Shown here one piece after another: positions 1 to 8,470 of a DNA stretch of 64,000 nt. Under the pieces are notes generated by a model. It did not search any database and was not told the origin of the DNA. It was given only the letters and a program-made list of their open reading frames with translations. Origin of the DNA: Bacteroidia bacterium. Its GTDB lineage: Bacteria > Bacteroidota > Bacteroidia > Bacteroidales > VadinHA17. The stretch spans positions 32,001 to 96,000 of the forward strand of contig JAPLDX010000060.1 in the NCBI GenBank assembly GCA_026391215.1, in the 5' to 3' direction. The position numbers and the translations under genes are program-made. Every line of letters starts with the position of its first letter. Position 1 is the stretch's first letter.

Positions 1-60
1 GGGTAATACAAATTCTGTTTTTAGCTTAAGTCGGTCATTGACAATTAATTATATGAACCT

Positions 61-1908
61 ATGAAAAAGTCATTTCTTCCCTTAATTTTTTTCTTTTTAC
101 TTTTTACTTTTCCCTTTTTCTTTGACTCCAATGCCCAGATACCACAGGGTATTAATTATCAGGCTGTTGGACATACAAGTACCGGAGCGCCGATTGCGAA
201 TACCACAATCCAGGTTAAAGCAGCTATTCTCTCCGATACAATAACGCCTGTAATTGTATGGGAGGAGCTCCATTCAACGGTTAAAACAAATGCTAGTGGT
301 ATTTTCGGCCTTGTCATCGGTACAGGAACAAGACAATCCGGTTCAGCTTCAGCATTCGGCGATATTGACTGGGGTAAAACGGCATTGTACCTTAAAATTC
401 AATTATATTACCAGAATGCCTGGAAGAATATGGGTATTTCAAGATTATGGTCAGTGCCTTATGCAATGGTTGCTGATGATCTGAGCGGCAGCGTTAAAAA
501 GCTGGCAGTCACAGGAGAGACAAGCGATATGGAGGAGGCATTGTTTGAGGTAAAAAATAAAGAGGGACAAACAGTTTTTGCAGTATATAATGAAGGAGTC
601 AGGATATACGTTGATGATGGAGCTAAGGGAGCAAAAGGAGGATTTGCAGTTGGTGGATTCGGAACATCAAAAACCCCGTCACAGAACCTTCTGTATGTCA
701 GTGCTGACAGTATAAGAGCTTATATTGAAACAGATCCTGCAAAGGGAGCCAAGGGAGGATTTGCAGTAGGCGGATTTGGTACTTCAAAAGGCTTGTCTCA
801 GGACCTGTTTATTGTCAGTGCAGACAGTATCAGGGCTTATATTGATGCCGGTACGGGAAAGGGCGTAAAAGGAGGATTTGCAGTAGGCGGATTCGGTACT
901 TCTAAATCTTCTCCTGAAGAATATCTTCGCGTAACGCGTGACAGTACAAGAGTATACCTGGTTGATCCGGGAGTAAAAGGAAACAAAGGAGGCTTTGCAA
1001 TTGGAGGCTATGGCAGTAACAAAGCGGAGGCAGATAATTTTTTCTTTATTAATCCTGACAGTTCCAGGTTTTATGTGAGAAAACTGTCTCCCACATCGTC
1101 AAGCACATTCGACATTATCGGGTTCAATCAAAGCCTGAGTCGGAAATCATTGCTTTCTGCAAATGCAGATACTGTTGATATACAAGGAGTCCTGACCCTG
1201 CAGAACGATCTTATCGTGGAAGGCAATATAAATTTGGGGGGAAATGTAAAACCTATAGCTAAAGCAGCTGTTGATGGTGATGGGAATACTTATCCAACGG
1301 TTATTCTGGGAAACCAGGTATGGATGGCTGAAAATCTCAGGACAACAAGATATAGTAATGGTAACTTAATTGGTACAACAACTCTTCCCGGGGATACTAT
1401 TTACTTTCTGACCGAACCAAAATACCAGTGGCCTTATTCAGGCATTGAAGGGTATGCAGCTGCATATGGAAGGCTATATACATGGTACGCCGCAACCGAC
1501 ACACGTAATATATGTCCCACGGGTTATCATCTTCCGAATAATGCTGAATGGGATGAATTACTTCTGTATCTGGAAGACAATGGTTACGGATACGGAGGCA
1601 GCGGGACTGAAATAGCCAAATCAATGGCTTCAAGAATCGGATGGAATCCGGACTTAACTGCTGCAAGTAACGTAGGTAATACTCCGACAGCAAACAATTC
1701 AAGCGGATTCAGCGGCATGCCCGGAGGCTTCCGCGACTCTTATGGCTTGATTTTTACAGACATAGGTAATTCTGTTTACTGGTGGTCTTCAACTTTGTCT
1801 GAAGGATCATATGCTTACAGTTTAAATTACGCTAACAGTTATGTGACACTTTCGTCATATGAACAGTCAAACGGCTATTCTATCCGTTGTGTCCAGGACA
1901 ATAAATGA
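61..1908 (+). CDS. Secreted FISUMP (Fibrobacter succinogenes major paralogous) domain protein with four KGGFAxGG[FY]G repeats
   Basis: Signal peptide, QIPQGINYQAV N-domain, four ~39-aa repeats, C-terminal VDGDGNTYPTV..GNQVWMAENL..YGRLYTW..CPTGYHLP..WWSS..SIRCV typical of FISUMP. Confidence 0.85.
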   Translation: MKKSFLPLIFFFLLFTFPFFFDSNAQIPQGINYQAVGHTSTGAPIANTTIQVKAAILSDTITPVIVWEELHSTVKTNASGIFGLVIGTGTRQSGSASAFGDIDWGKTALYLKIQLYYQNAWKNMGISRLWSVPYAMVADDLSGSVKKLAVTGETSDMEEALFEVKNKEGQTVFAVYNEGVRIYVDDGAKGAKGGFAVGGFGTSKTPSQNLLYVSADSIRAYIETDPAKGAKGGFAVGGFGTSKGLSQDLFIVSADSIRAYIDAGTGKGVKGGFAVGGFGTSKSSPEEYLRVTRDSTRVYLVDPGVKGNKGGFAIGGYGSNKAEADNFFFINPDSSRFYVRKLSPTSSSTFDIIGFNQSLSRKSLLSANADTVDIQGVLTLQNDLIVEGNINLGGNVKPIAKAAVDGDGNTYPTVILGNQVWMAENLRTTRYSNGNLIGTTTLPGDTIYFLTEPKYQWPYSGIEGYAAAYGRLYTWYAATDTRNICPTGYHLPNNAEWDELLLYLEDNGYGYGGSGTEIAKSMASRIGWNPDLTAASNVGNTPTANNSSGFSGMPGGFRDSYGLIFTDIGNSVYWWSSTLSEGSYAYSLNYANSYVTLSSYEQSNGYSIRCVQDNK

Positions 1909-1924
1909 GAAACCAGATACTCAA

Positions 1925-3865
1925 ATGAGAAAAGTAATTCTTGTTTTAGCTAGTTCAGGATTATGTATCCTGACTCTGGCACAGGTGCCACAGGGTTTTA
2001 ACTATCAGGCAGTCGCACATACCAGTACTGGAGCGCCGATAGCGAATACCACTATACAGGTTAAAGCAGCTATTCTTTCTGATACAATAACGCCTGTTGT
2101 TGTATGGGAAGAGCTTCATTCAACAGTTAAGACAAATGCAAGTGGCGTATTCAGCCTTGTCATCGGTACGGGAACAAAACAATCCGGTTCAGCATCAGCC
2201 TTCAATGAAGTTGACTGGACAATCCCTCCGCTATTCATTAAAATTCAGGTTAACTACCAGGGTTCATGGAGGAGCATGGGATCAGCAAAACTGTGGACAG
2301 TGCCTTATGCTATGGTAGCGGATGATCTTACCGGCAGTGTAAAGAAACTGGCGGTCACGGGAGAAACCAGCGATATGGAGGAAGCATTGTTTGAGGTAAA
2401 GAATAAAGAAGGGCAGACTGTTTTTGCAGTATATAATGAAGGAGTGAGAATATATGTTGATGATGGTGCAAAAGGAGCAAAAGGAGGATTTGCTATAGGC
2501 GGATTCGGTTCGGCAAAAACTCCATCCCGGGATCTCTTTGTTGTCAATCCTGACAGTGTAAGGGTATATATTGACACTGAAACAGGGAAAGGTGCAAAAG
2601 GAGGATTTGCGATAGGTGGATTCAGCAGTTCTAAGCCTATACCTGAAGAATACCTTCGTGTAACACGTGATAGTACAAGAGTATACCTGAACGATGAAAC
2701 AAAAGGAACAAAGGGTGGCTTTGCAATAGGCGGTTTCGGTAACTCAAAAAGCTTGCCGGGCGGATATATGCTGATACATCCTGACAGTACAAGATTCTAT
2801 GTAAGGGAGTCCGGTTCAGGAATCTCCTCCACATTCAATATAATCGGAATCAAACTTGATAATACATTGACATCACTTATGACAGCCAGTACAGATACTG
2901 TTGGAATAGGCGGAGTATTGAACGTACAGAATAATTTGACTGTTACCGGTGATATCAGTTATACAGGAGAGGTTAATTCGATTGTTCCTGAAGTTGTAAC
3001 GATAGAATATTTTAATGAAACTGACACTTCAGCCATGGTAACGGGCGAAATTATAAGCAACGGAGGCAAACCTGTTATCACCAGCGGGATAGTATGGAGC
3101 ACTTCTCCGGGCCCAACCATTGACTTGACCACAAAAACAACTGACGGAACCCTGACAGGGCAGTTTACAAGTACGATGTCAGAATTAACTGAACTCACTA
3201 CTTATTATGTCAGGGCTTATGCTATTAATGAAAATGGAACAGGTTACGGCAATGAAATTACAGTTACAACCGTTGGTGTGGTTTTTGACATTGACGGTAA
3301 CTGGTATATTGCTAGTATTGCCGGAACCCAGATCTGGTTACTTCAGAACCTGAAGGTTACGCATCTGAATGATGGTACTCCTATTGACAATGTAACTGAC
3401 CAAGCTATCTGGATGTCGCTTTCAACACCAGGATACGCATGGTATAACAATGACGCTGTTACATATGCTGACTATGGATTGCTATATAACTGGGCAACAG
3501 TCAATACAGGCTCTCTTTGTCCTGCCGGGTACCATGTTCCATCAGAAGCAGAGCTTTCAACTGTTATTGCATGGTTAGGAGGACCACTGGTAGCAGGTGG
3601 TTCCTTTAAGGAAACAGGCACTACACACTGGCTCGATCCAAATACCGGTGCAGAAAACACTGATTTTGGTTTTGCAGGTCTGCCAGGTGGATTGCGCGAT
3701 TATATGGGATTTTTCTCAGGAATTGGGGAGAATTGTAACATGTGGACCTCAACACGAGTAGCATCTGATCCGACATATACAAGTGTATACTACAACAGTG
3801 CCGAAATCTTTGTTCAGACAATGATGCAGGGTGCCGGTATGTCGATCCGCTGTCTGAAGGATTGA
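1925..3865 (+). CDS. Secreted FISUMP-domain paralogue with three Gly-rich repeats and an FN3-like domain
   Basis: ATG at 1925 gives a signal peptide; N-half nearly identical to the upstream gene; TTYYVRAYAIN..GTGYG FN3-like segment; DIDGNWY..QIWLLQNL..CPAGYHVP..SIRCLKD. Confidence 0.85.
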   Translation: MRKVILVLASSGLCILTLAQVPQGFNYQAVAHTSTGAPIANTTIQVKAAILSDTITPVVVWEELHSTVKTNASGVFSLVIGTGTKQSGSASAFNEVDWTIPPLFIKIQVNYQGSWRSMGSAKLWTVPYAMVADDLTGSVKKLAVTGETSDMEEALFEVKNKEGQTVFAVYNEGVRIYVDDGAKGAKGGFAIGGFGSAKTPSRDLFVVNPDSVRVYIDTETGKGAKGGFAIGGFSSSKPIPEEYLRVTRDSTRVYLNDETKGTKGGFAIGGFGNSKSLPGGYMLIHPDSTRFYVRESGSGISSTFNIIGIKLDNTLTSLMTASTDTVGIGGVLNVQNNLTVTGDISYTGEVNSIVPEVVTIEYFNETDTSAMVTGEIISNGGKPVITSGIVWSTSPGPTIDLTTKTTDGTLTGQFTSTMSELTELTTYYVRAYAINENGTGYGNEITVTTVGVVFDIDGNWYIASIAGTQIWLLQNLKVTHLNDGTPIDNVTDQAIWMSLSTPGYAWYNNDAVTYADYGLLYNWATVNTGSLCPAGYHVPSEAELSTVIAWLGGPLVAGGSFKETGTTHWLDPNTGAENTDFGFAGLPGGLRDYMGFFSGIGENCNMWTSTRVASDPTYTSVYYNSAEIFVQTMMQGAGMSIRCLKD

Positions 3866-3896
3866 AATATACAATAATCAGCGAAAGCAATAAAGT

Positions 3897-3924
3897 GAAA
3901 AGTCCGACGGAGAGCGGACTTTTC
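3897..3924 (+). terminator. Rho-independent terminator after the FISUMP pair (possibly bidirectional)
   Basis: Perfect 10-bp stem GAAAAGTCCG / CGGACTTTTC with 8-nt loop, 31 nt after the stop codon. Confidence 0.75.
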
Positions 3925-4062
3925 TTATTGGAGGTGAGTACATGGTAATAAGTAGAGGGATTATTTCATGATCCCATTCCGGAGAACCAGCAGAGCTTAA
4001 ATGACCCTTTGGGTCGGGATTATTCGCTTCGCTCATGATCCCTCACGGGGAGGCTTCAAAGG

Positions 4063-4185
4063 CATCAGACCAGTCCGCTCTGCGAGCGGTTTTTGTTTTA
4101 TTCAAAGCCCTCACCCATGCATGCATGGTTCGGTCTTTTCATAAAACAAAAATCCCGCAGCGAAAGCTACGGGACTGGCCTGATG
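4063..4185 (-). other. Multi-branched structured element including the tRNA-Ser terminator hairpin
   Basis: Closing stem CATCAGGCCAGT/ACTGGTCTGATG enclosing three hairpins; TCCCGTAGC-TTTC-GCTGCGGGA followed by TTTTTGTTTT on the minus strand. Confidence 0.55.
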
Positions 4186-4189
4186 ACTT

Positions 4190-4281
4190 TGGCGGAGAAA
4201 GAGGGATTCGAACCCCCGATGCCGTGGATACAGCATAACGGTTTTCAAGACCGCCGCATTCGACCGCTCTGCCATTTCTCC
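4190..4281 (-). tRNA. tRNA-Ser (anticodon TGA), CCA encoded
   Basis: Reverse complement GGAGAAATGGCAGAGCGGTCGAATGCGGCGGTCTTGAAAACCGT...GGGGGTTCGAATCCCTCTTTCTCCGCCA; long variable arm, GTTCGAA T-loop. Confidence 0.97.
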
Positions 4282-4324
4282 TTTCATCCTCCGAAGCCTT
4301 GGTAAAGGAGGATTATTTTCGCCG

Positions 4325-4332
4325 CAAATATA
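4325..4332 (-). promoter_or_regulatory. Bacteroidota sigmaA -7 box for tRNA-Ser
   Basis: TATATTTG on the minus strand (TAnnTTTG consensus) ~45 nt upstream of the tRNA. Confidence 0.6.
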
Positions 4333-4563
4333 ATGTATTTTTAATTTTATAGAATTTTATTTTTTTTAATATTGAGTAAAAGTTTGAAAATCAGGGTTAT
4401 ATAAACATTATTAACAGGATGTAAACAAAAATTGACTTGGTTTTGTGCTCAAACTGCCGACTGTTGCGAAAGTGCGACATTAACCATATTTTTAACTTTC
4501 GTCCAAAAAAATGAGTATTTTAACCTAAAAACCCCACTATTTGTGGAAAAACGACAAAATAAA

Positions 4564-4594
4564 TTTGCATATGAATTAAAATGGAATAAATTTG
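4564..4594 (+). promoter_or_regulatory. Bacteroidota sigmaA promoter (-33/-7) of the HU gene
   Basis: TTTG (4564-4567) - 19 nt - TAAATTTG (4587-4594) matches the TTTG-N19-21-TAnnTTTG consensus. Confidence 0.7.
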
Positions 4595-4637
4595 TATTTA
4601 ATAATTAAAATGGTCTAACCTTTAATTTTTATTAATT

Positions 4638-4907
4638 ATGACAAAGAAAGATTTAGTTGCTGCTATTGCAAAAGATTCAACCCTTACAGTTAAAGATGCA
4701 GGGAAAGCTCTGAATTCATTCGTTACTTCAGTTGGAAAAGCTATGAAAAAAGGCCAGAGGCTCCAGCTTCCTGGTCTGGGTACTTTTAAAGTAGTTAAGA
4801 GAAGTGCCAGAGTGGTCCGCAATCCGCGTACCGGTGCAAAACTTAACGTTCCCGCAAAGAAAGTTGTTAAATTCAAAGCAGCTCCTGCTCTCGACAAAGG
4901 TCTTTAA
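4638..4907 (+). CDS. hup: HU family DNA-binding protein
   Basis: MTKKDLVAAIA..LPGLGTFKV..RSARVVRNPRTG..KVVKFKA. Confidence 0.93.
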   Translation: MTKKDLVAAIAKDSTLTVKDAGKALNSFVTSVGKAMKKGQRLQLPGLGTFKVVKRSARVVRNPRTGAKLNVPAKKVVKFKAAPALDKGL

Positions 4908-4928
4908 TCTTTAAACAATGAGATTGCT

Positions 4929-4956
4929 AAAGGGGTGTTTGATCACCCCTTTTTTT
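4929..4956 (+). terminator. Rho-independent terminator of HU
   Basis: AAAGGGGTG / CACCCCTTT stem followed by a T-tract. Confidence 0.85.
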
Positions 4957-5080
4957 ATATCCATACCCATCATCACAAACCGGAAAAAATTAAAAGAAAT
5001 TCAACTAAAATCCGAATGATAAAATTTGTGAAAGTTTTTTATTATTTTTGATTTTAATAACCCGGACTAAATCGTGACTG

Positions 5081-5788
5081 ATGAATTGTATTATTGTCGA
5101 CGACGATAAGATGAGTTGTAAGATACTGGAAGGTTATGTGAGCAAATCAACCTCACTTAACCTGATAGGTACTTTCAATGATTCCGTCGACGCAAGGAAC
5201 ATCTTAACAAAACGCCAGGACATTGACCTGATAATACTGGACATCCAGATGCCGGAAATGGATGGCTTCGACTTTATAGGAAGCCTCGAAAACCCTCCTA
5301 ATATAATAATAGTATCATCGGCAGAACAATATGCCGTGAAAGCTTTCGACTTTAACGTTGTCGACTACCTGCTTAAACCCGTCTCTTATGGGAGATTCTG
5401 TAAAGCAATCGACAAATCCATCAGGTACTTTTCGCGTAAAGAAGTAACCAATACAGGCGACGAGGAAATATTCATAAAGAAGGGCTCATCACTTGTTAAA
5501 CTGAAACTGAAGGACATTATATATATAGAAGCTCTTGAAAACTATGTTACCCTGACAACCAATGATGATAAATTCACAATCCACTTTACGATGAAAGCTA
5601 TCGAGAACCAGCTGCCTTCAGGTATCTTCATCAGGGTTCACAGATCATACATTATCAATAAGAGCATGATCCAGACAATTAAGGAGAATTCACTCGATCT
5701 TATAGTCGGAGATTCTTTGAAAAGCATACCCGTCGGCAAATCGTTCAGAGATACTCTTCTGAATGATATAAATGTAATGGCCAGATAA
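5081..5788 (+). CDS. LytTR family response regulator
   Basis: CIIVDDD..LDIQMP..DYLLKP receiver; FIRVHRSYIIN LytTR domain. Confidence 0.93.
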   Translation: MNCIIVDDDKMSCKILEGYVSKSTSLNLIGTFNDSVDARNILTKRQDIDLIILDIQMPEMDGFDFIGSLENPPNIIIVSSAEQYAVKAFDFNVVDYLLKPVSYGRFCKAIDKSIRYFSRKEVTNTGDEEIFIKKGSSLVKLKLKDIIYIEALENYVTLTTNDDKFTIHFTMKAIENQLPSGIFIRVHRSYIINKSMIQTIKENSLDLIVGDSLKSIPVGKSFRDTLLNDINVMAR

Positions 5789-5801
5789 CATCTTTTCTCA
5801 C

Positions 5802-7007
5802 ATGCTTACCAATCGTCAACTCTTCCTCAGTTACCTTGGGCAGACCTCGGCTGAACCATTGATGCTCGAGATATCCAGGGCCGAAGGTGTTTTTTTATAT
5901 GGCCCTTCAGGAGAAAAATACATTGACCTCATCTCCGGTGTGTCAGTGAGCAATACGGGTCACAGGCATCCCCGCGTTACTGAAGCCATAAAAAAGCAAA
6001 CAGATTCCTACCTCCATCTGATGGTTTACGGCGAGATGATACAGAGCCCCCAGGTTGAATATGCTGCACTACTGTCCTCAATACTTCCTTCCACTCTCAA
6101 TAACTGCTATTTTGTAAATTCAGGAAGTGAAGCTGTCGAGGGTGCACTGAAACTTGCCAAGAGATATACAGGGAAAAGCAGGATAATCTATTTTAATAAT
6201 GCTTACCATGGGAGCACACATGGAGCCCTCAGTATCCAGGGAAGTGAAAAGTACCGGGGTGCCTTCAGACCATTGCTGCCTGATACCCTGCAGATAAGCT
6301 TTAACGATCTTTCATCACTGGATGCTATTAATAAGGATACAGCCTGCGTGATCATAGAGCCTGTTCAGGGTGAAGCCGGGGTAATTTATCCGGTAAAGGG
6401 CTTTCTTGAAAAGATAAGGAATAGATGTTCCGAAAACGACGCGCTGCTTGTCTTTGATGAAGCGCAGACAGGATTCGGAAGGACAGGATTCATGTTCGCC
6501 ATCGACAGGTTCGGGATTGTTCCCGACATAGTTGTGCTGGCAAAAGCCCTTGGCGGCGGAATGCCCCTTGGTGCATTTATTTCATCAAAAGAGATAATGT
6601 CATCACTGATAGCGAATCCGCAACTTGGACATATTACAACTTTCGGAGGGCATCCGGTATGCTGCGCAGCAGGTCTTGCATCACTTAAAGTGATAATGGA
6701 AGAAAACCTGGTCGCAAAATGTAACACCAGGTCAGCAATCTTTAAAAGGGAACTTGTCCATCCGCTGATAAAAGAGGTCAGGGGGGAAGGACTCCTCCTG
6801 GCAATAAGGCTCACTGAATCCCGTTTTGTTCAGTATGCGATCAAATACGCTCCTTCTTATGGAATCATTCTTGACTATTTTCTTTTTTGTGATAATGCCT
6901 TCAGGATAGCTCCGCCTCTGATTATCAGTGAAGAAGAGATACTTACAGCCTGCAGGCAGGTGAAATTACTGCTCGATGATGCAATGAGAAACGCTGCAAA
7001 TGGATGA
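5802..7007 (+). CDS. Class III PLP aminotransferase (acetylornithine aminotransferase-like)
   Basis: NSGSEAVEGALKLA, YHGSTHG, IEPVQGEAG, FDEAQTGFGRTG, LAKALGGGMP, TTFGGHP. Confidence 0.9.
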   Translation: MLTNRQLFLSYLGQTSAEPLMLEISRAEGVFLYGPSGEKYIDLISGVSVSNTGHRHPRVTEAIKKQTDSYLHLMVYGEMIQSPQVEYAALLSSILPSTLNNCYFVNSGSEAVEGALKLAKRYTGKSRIIYFNNAYHGSTHGALSIQGSEKYRGAFRPLLPDTLQISFNDLSSLDAINKDTACVIIEPVQGEAGVIYPVKGFLEKIRNRCSENDALLVFDEAQTGFGRTGFMFAIDRFGIVPDIVVLAKALGGGMPLGAFISSKEIMSSLIANPQLGHITTFGGHPVCCAAGLASLKVIMEENLVAKCNTRSAIFKRELVHPLIKEVRGEGLLLAIRLTESRFVQYAIKYAPSYGIILDYFLFCDNAFRIAPPLIISEEEILTACRQVKLLLDDAMRNAANG

Positions 7008-7831
7008 AACAGAAAGTACTATATATAATTATTGTTGTTCTCCTTCTGATCCCGGCAATACAAGGCAAGGCACAGGTACCGGGCTCAGACGAGCTGCTGG
7101 GAGATCTCTTCCCCCGGATACTGGATACCAGGAATGATGCTGAACGCCTCAGAATAAACGACTCAATAAAACTAATTATTGACAGCTATGTCACTTCCGA
7201 TGTGATATTCACTCACCGGTTTGAAAATCTGCGCTACCTGGGACAGATTCTGTCTCCCGATTCACGTATTAAGATCATCACATGGAACCTGATCCTGACC
7301 GACGGTACCAACAGGTATTTCTGCTATTTCATCAGGAAGGGTGAAAAGGGAAAGGAGAACACTGTTTACCATCTGGAGGGAACAAATATGGATGAAGCGC
7401 CCCGGACTGACAAAACCTATACAGCAAAAGAATGGTACGGAGCGCTATATTACGGTATTCAGCCTTTCAGGAGCGATAAAGAAATTTATTATATAGTGCT
7501 TGGCCTTGATTATGGCAGTTTATCGTTAACCAGGAAGATAATAGATGTAATAAACTTTACCGATGAAGGCGGAATAATATTCGGTAAAAAGTGTTTTTTC
7601 AGGGACTATGAAACAAAACAAAGAGAGGTCCTTGAATACTCGGCAGAAGGTATTGTTACATTGAGGTTCCATAATAAGAAAACAATTATTTTTGATCACC
7701 TTGTTCCGATTTCACGGGGACAGCAGAACAATCCGGAAAATTACGGCGCCGAATTTTCATTTGACGCATATATCCTTAAAAAAGGATTGTGGAGATTTGT
7801 AAAAAATGTTGATGTGAAGAACAAGCAATAA
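7004..7831 (+). CDS. Conserved secreted hypothetical protein
   Basis: Signal peptide; 4-bp overlap with the upstream gene; WYGALYY and IIFDHLVP motifs. Confidence 0.75.
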   Translation: MKQKVLYIIIVVLLLIPAIQGKAQVPGSDELLGDLFPRILDTRNDAERLRINDSIKLIIDSYVTSDVIFTHRFENLRYLGQILSPDSRIKIITWNLILTDGTNRYFCYFIRKGEKGKENTVYHLEGTNMDEAPRTDKTYTAKEWYGALYYGIQPFRSDKEIYYIVLGLDYGSLSLTRKIIDVINFTDEGGIIFGKKCFFRDYETKQREVLEYSAEGIVTLRFHNKKTIIFDHLVPISRGQQNNPENYGAEFSFDAYILKKGLWRFVKNVDVKNKQ

Positions 7832-7855
7832 ATATCTTTAATACTTTTGATTCGT

Positions 7856-8374
7856 ATGGCCAAAACAAGAATGACATTTCTGATCTGTTATGATGATCAC
7901 CGCAGCTTCACGGAGGATGTAAAAAAAAGATTTACAGATGCTTCCAGATACCAGGTGATCTCATTCCATGCGAAGCAGGATTTCCTGTCATATTTCATGA
8001 AAGAGGCAGAGAACAGTTCATGCAAAGTGGCTATTATCGGGGTCCCGGATGCCAGGGAACAGTTTGAATCAATAGAAGAACTGACACTCGAGATAAAAAA
8101 GGTGGATCAGAAAACAGGCCTTATTCTTCTTGTGGCCCCGGATAAAATTGATGATCTGAAAAAGACGGTCAGGTTCAATATAGATGCATATATTCCCAGA
8201 AATGCAAATTCCATCCTCCGTATTCATAATACGGTGAAGAAGCTTTTCAGTGAGCACAATATCGCCATCTACAGGAATAAAAGAAATTTCTCGCTGTATG
8301 TTGTGCTGGCATTTCTGGTGCTGGCAGTAGTACTGATCATCGTGGCATTTTTCCGGTTTCCGGAGTATTTTTAA
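7856..8374 (+). CDS. Receiver-like (pseudo-receiver) protein with C-terminal transmembrane helix
   Basis: ICYDDH start of a receiver fold, alternating beta/alpha pattern, hydrophobic C-terminus; start may be 7847 or 7856. Confidence 0.6.
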   Translation: MAKTRMTFLICYDDHRSFTEDVKKRFTDASRYQVISFHAKQDFLSYFMKEAENSSCKVAIIGVPDAREQFESIEELTLEIKKVDQKTGLILLVAPDKIDDLKKTVRFNIDAYIPRNANSILRIHNTVKKLFSEHNIAIYRNKRNFSLYVVLAFLVLAVVLIIVAFFRFPEYF

Positions 8375-8385
8375 ATTCAGCCTTG

Positions 8386-8424
8386 TGACTATTTGTCAGT
8401 AATTTTCACTGGCACACCTTTTGC
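8386..8424 (+). promoter_or_regulatory. sigma54-type -24/-12 promoter plus upstream inverted repeat before htpG
   Basis: TGGCAC-ACCTT-TTGC (8410-8424); TGAC-TATTT-GTCA palindrome (8386-8398). Confidence 0.6.
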
Positions 8425-8470
8425 CAGTGACGGGCTGATAATTCATGTTCAATTATAAAACCAGAATAAT

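Noticed and set aside
61-3865. Diversity-generating retroelement targeting the FISUMP genes
   Set aside because: No reverse transcriptase and no near-identical template/variable repeat pair differing at adenines in this window
4190-4281. tRNA-Ser as the attachment site of an integrated island containing the FISUMP genes
   Set aside because: No duplicated tRNA 3' end or integrase is visible; the other boundary could lie left of the window, so this cannot be supported here
4035-4305. Short ORFs 4035-4238 and 4093-4305
   Set aside because: They overlap the tRNA-Ser gene and its structured trailer; no protein features
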